A DNA stretch of 18,452 nucleotides, from assembly GCA_027251445.1 (NCBI GenBank), contig JAPNQO010000009.1, forward strand, positions 1 through 18,452. The letters run 5' to 3'. The stretch is from Fidelibacterota bacterium (lineage in GTDB: Bacteria > Fidelibacterota > Marinisomatia > Marinisomatales > TCS55). Positions 17,641-18,452 of the stretch are shown here, piece after piece. Each line of letters starts with the position of its first letter. Positions within the stretch are counted from its first letter, which is position 1. The position numbers and the translations under genes were made by a program. The notes under the pieces are model-generated. The model saw only the letters and a list, made by a program, of their open reading frames with translations, ran no database searches and was not told the origin of the DNA.

Positions 17641-17643
17641 AAA

Positions 17644-18339
17644 ATGAAAGAATATAAAGCATTTATTATTGGAATTATTTTAGCTATCATACCAATTAAT
17701 AGTGCATTTGCCATTTTAGGATTTGGAGTTCAAGGTGGACAAGGTTTGTTTACAGTTGGCGCTAGAAGTTTAGATGACCCATCAGGTTTTGCAAGTATGG
17801 CAACCGCAGAATTTTCTAATTCGGTAAATCTTGGTGTATATGCTTATCTTGATATCATACCATTTTTCGATTTAGAAGTTGATGCAAATATAATGGCTCA
17901 AGTATATGAATTTGCATTTCTTAATTTACTAGGAACCGCAGGCCCATATGATGCAGTTTGGGGAGGAGCATCTACATATATAACGGCTAGAAGAAAATTA
18001 GTTGGTGTTGGTGTTCCTTTTATTGGAAAAGCACAAGTATTTGCAGGTGGAGGTTTTAATAGTCATACTTTTGCTCCCCTTGCAAACCTTGATTTAGTTG
18101 AAAGTTTAATGGGAGGAGATTTAACCACAGAACCAACATTTAGCGAGGATGATCTCGTTGATTTTATTGATGAAAACAAAATAGATAAAAGTGGTTTGCA
18201 CTTTCAGGTTGGAATGCAATTTAAATTATTTGTCCTTGATTCATTTTTATTTTATCGGCATACATTAGGAGATTTTGAAGATGTGCTAGATGCTAAATCA
18301 TTTGGATCTCTTAATTTTAGAATTGGGATGGGTTTTTAG
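17644..18339 (+). CDS. Hypothetical protein, probable small outer-membrane beta-barrel
   Basis: Signal peptide ending in SAFA. Gly/aromatic amphipathic strands (LGFGVQGG, VNLGVYAYLD, VFAGGGFN, GLHFQVGMQFKL) and a terminal-Phe strand SLNFRIGMGF. Confidence 0.8.
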   Translation: MKEYKAFIIGIILAIIPINSAFAILGFGVQGGQGLFTVGARSLDDPSGFASMATAEFSNSVNLGVYAYLDIIPFFDLEVDANIMAQVYEFAFLNLLGTAGPYDAVWGGASTYITARRKLVGVGVPFIGKAQVFAGGGFNSHTFAPLANLDLVESLMGGDLTTEPTFSEDDLVDFIDENKIDKSGLHFQVGMQFKLFVLDSFLFYRHTLGDFEDVLDAKSFGSLNFRIGMGF

Positions 18340-18354
18340 TAAATAATTGGATTT

Positions 18355-18389
18355 AATAAAAAAGGGCGGATATTCCGTCCTTTTTTATT
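18355..18389. terminator. Bidirectional rho-independent terminator
   Basis: AATAAAAAAGGGCGGA-TAT-TCCGTCCTTTTTTATT: a GC stem (one G-U pair on the + strand) flanked by A6 and T6 tracts, 15 nt after the stop at 18339. Confidence 0.9.
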
Positions 18390-18452
18390 TTAGTACAATA
18401 GGTTGTGTCCAAGCCATTTCAAGATCACCTTCAGAATATGGATTATCTTGAA
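18385..18452 (-). CDS. Possible 3' end of a convergent gene entering from outside the window
   Basis: A minus-strand frame reads QDNPYSEGDLEMAWTQPIVLK* and stops at the bidirectional terminator. A second minus frame is also open, and the fragment is too short to identify. Confidence 0.4.
   Translation of the reverse strand, partial: QDNPYSEGDLEMAWTQPIVLK

Noticed and set aside
1728..18339. Genome-wide TAG reassignment (alternative genetic code)
   Set aside because: No conserved domain contains an internal TAG. TAG ends fabZ and the terminal-Phe barrel gene at their natural C-termini.
18418..18452. 8-bp inverted repeat TTCAAGAT...ATCTTGAA
   Set aside because: It is short, cut by the window edge and probably inside a coding region, so chance is likely.

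Overview
An AT-rich, very densely packed housekeeping region from a Gram-negative (diderm) bacterium. The FCB-type LpxC and the streamlined layout suggest Marinimicrobia/SAR406 or a relative; this is inference. There are five blocks. (1) + strand: lpxD (5'-truncated)-lpxC-fabZ-lpxA-unknown exported protein-dxr-rseP. (2) - strand: lipid A late acyltransferase-tsaC/yrdC-DUF3108-like. (3) + strand: nfeD-floA-yqfB-like flotillin operon. (4) - strand: large M23 peptidase-rhomboid-cdd-tdk-nupC-adk-coaE. (5) + strand: a lone putative outer-membrane beta-barrel with a sigma70-like promoter, an overlapping palindrome and a bidirectional terminator. I found no RNA genes, CRISPR arrays, mobile elements or defence systems, and I cannot support a wholly new multi-gene system. 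The best leads are: lpxC and fabZ in one frame separated by a single TAG (split or read-through version of the FCB LpxC-FabZ fusion); a ~38-aa insertion in the RseP beta-loop region; two uncharacterised beta-barrel-like proteins, one with a candidate operator; and a nucleoside-salvage cassette coupled to envelope proteases.
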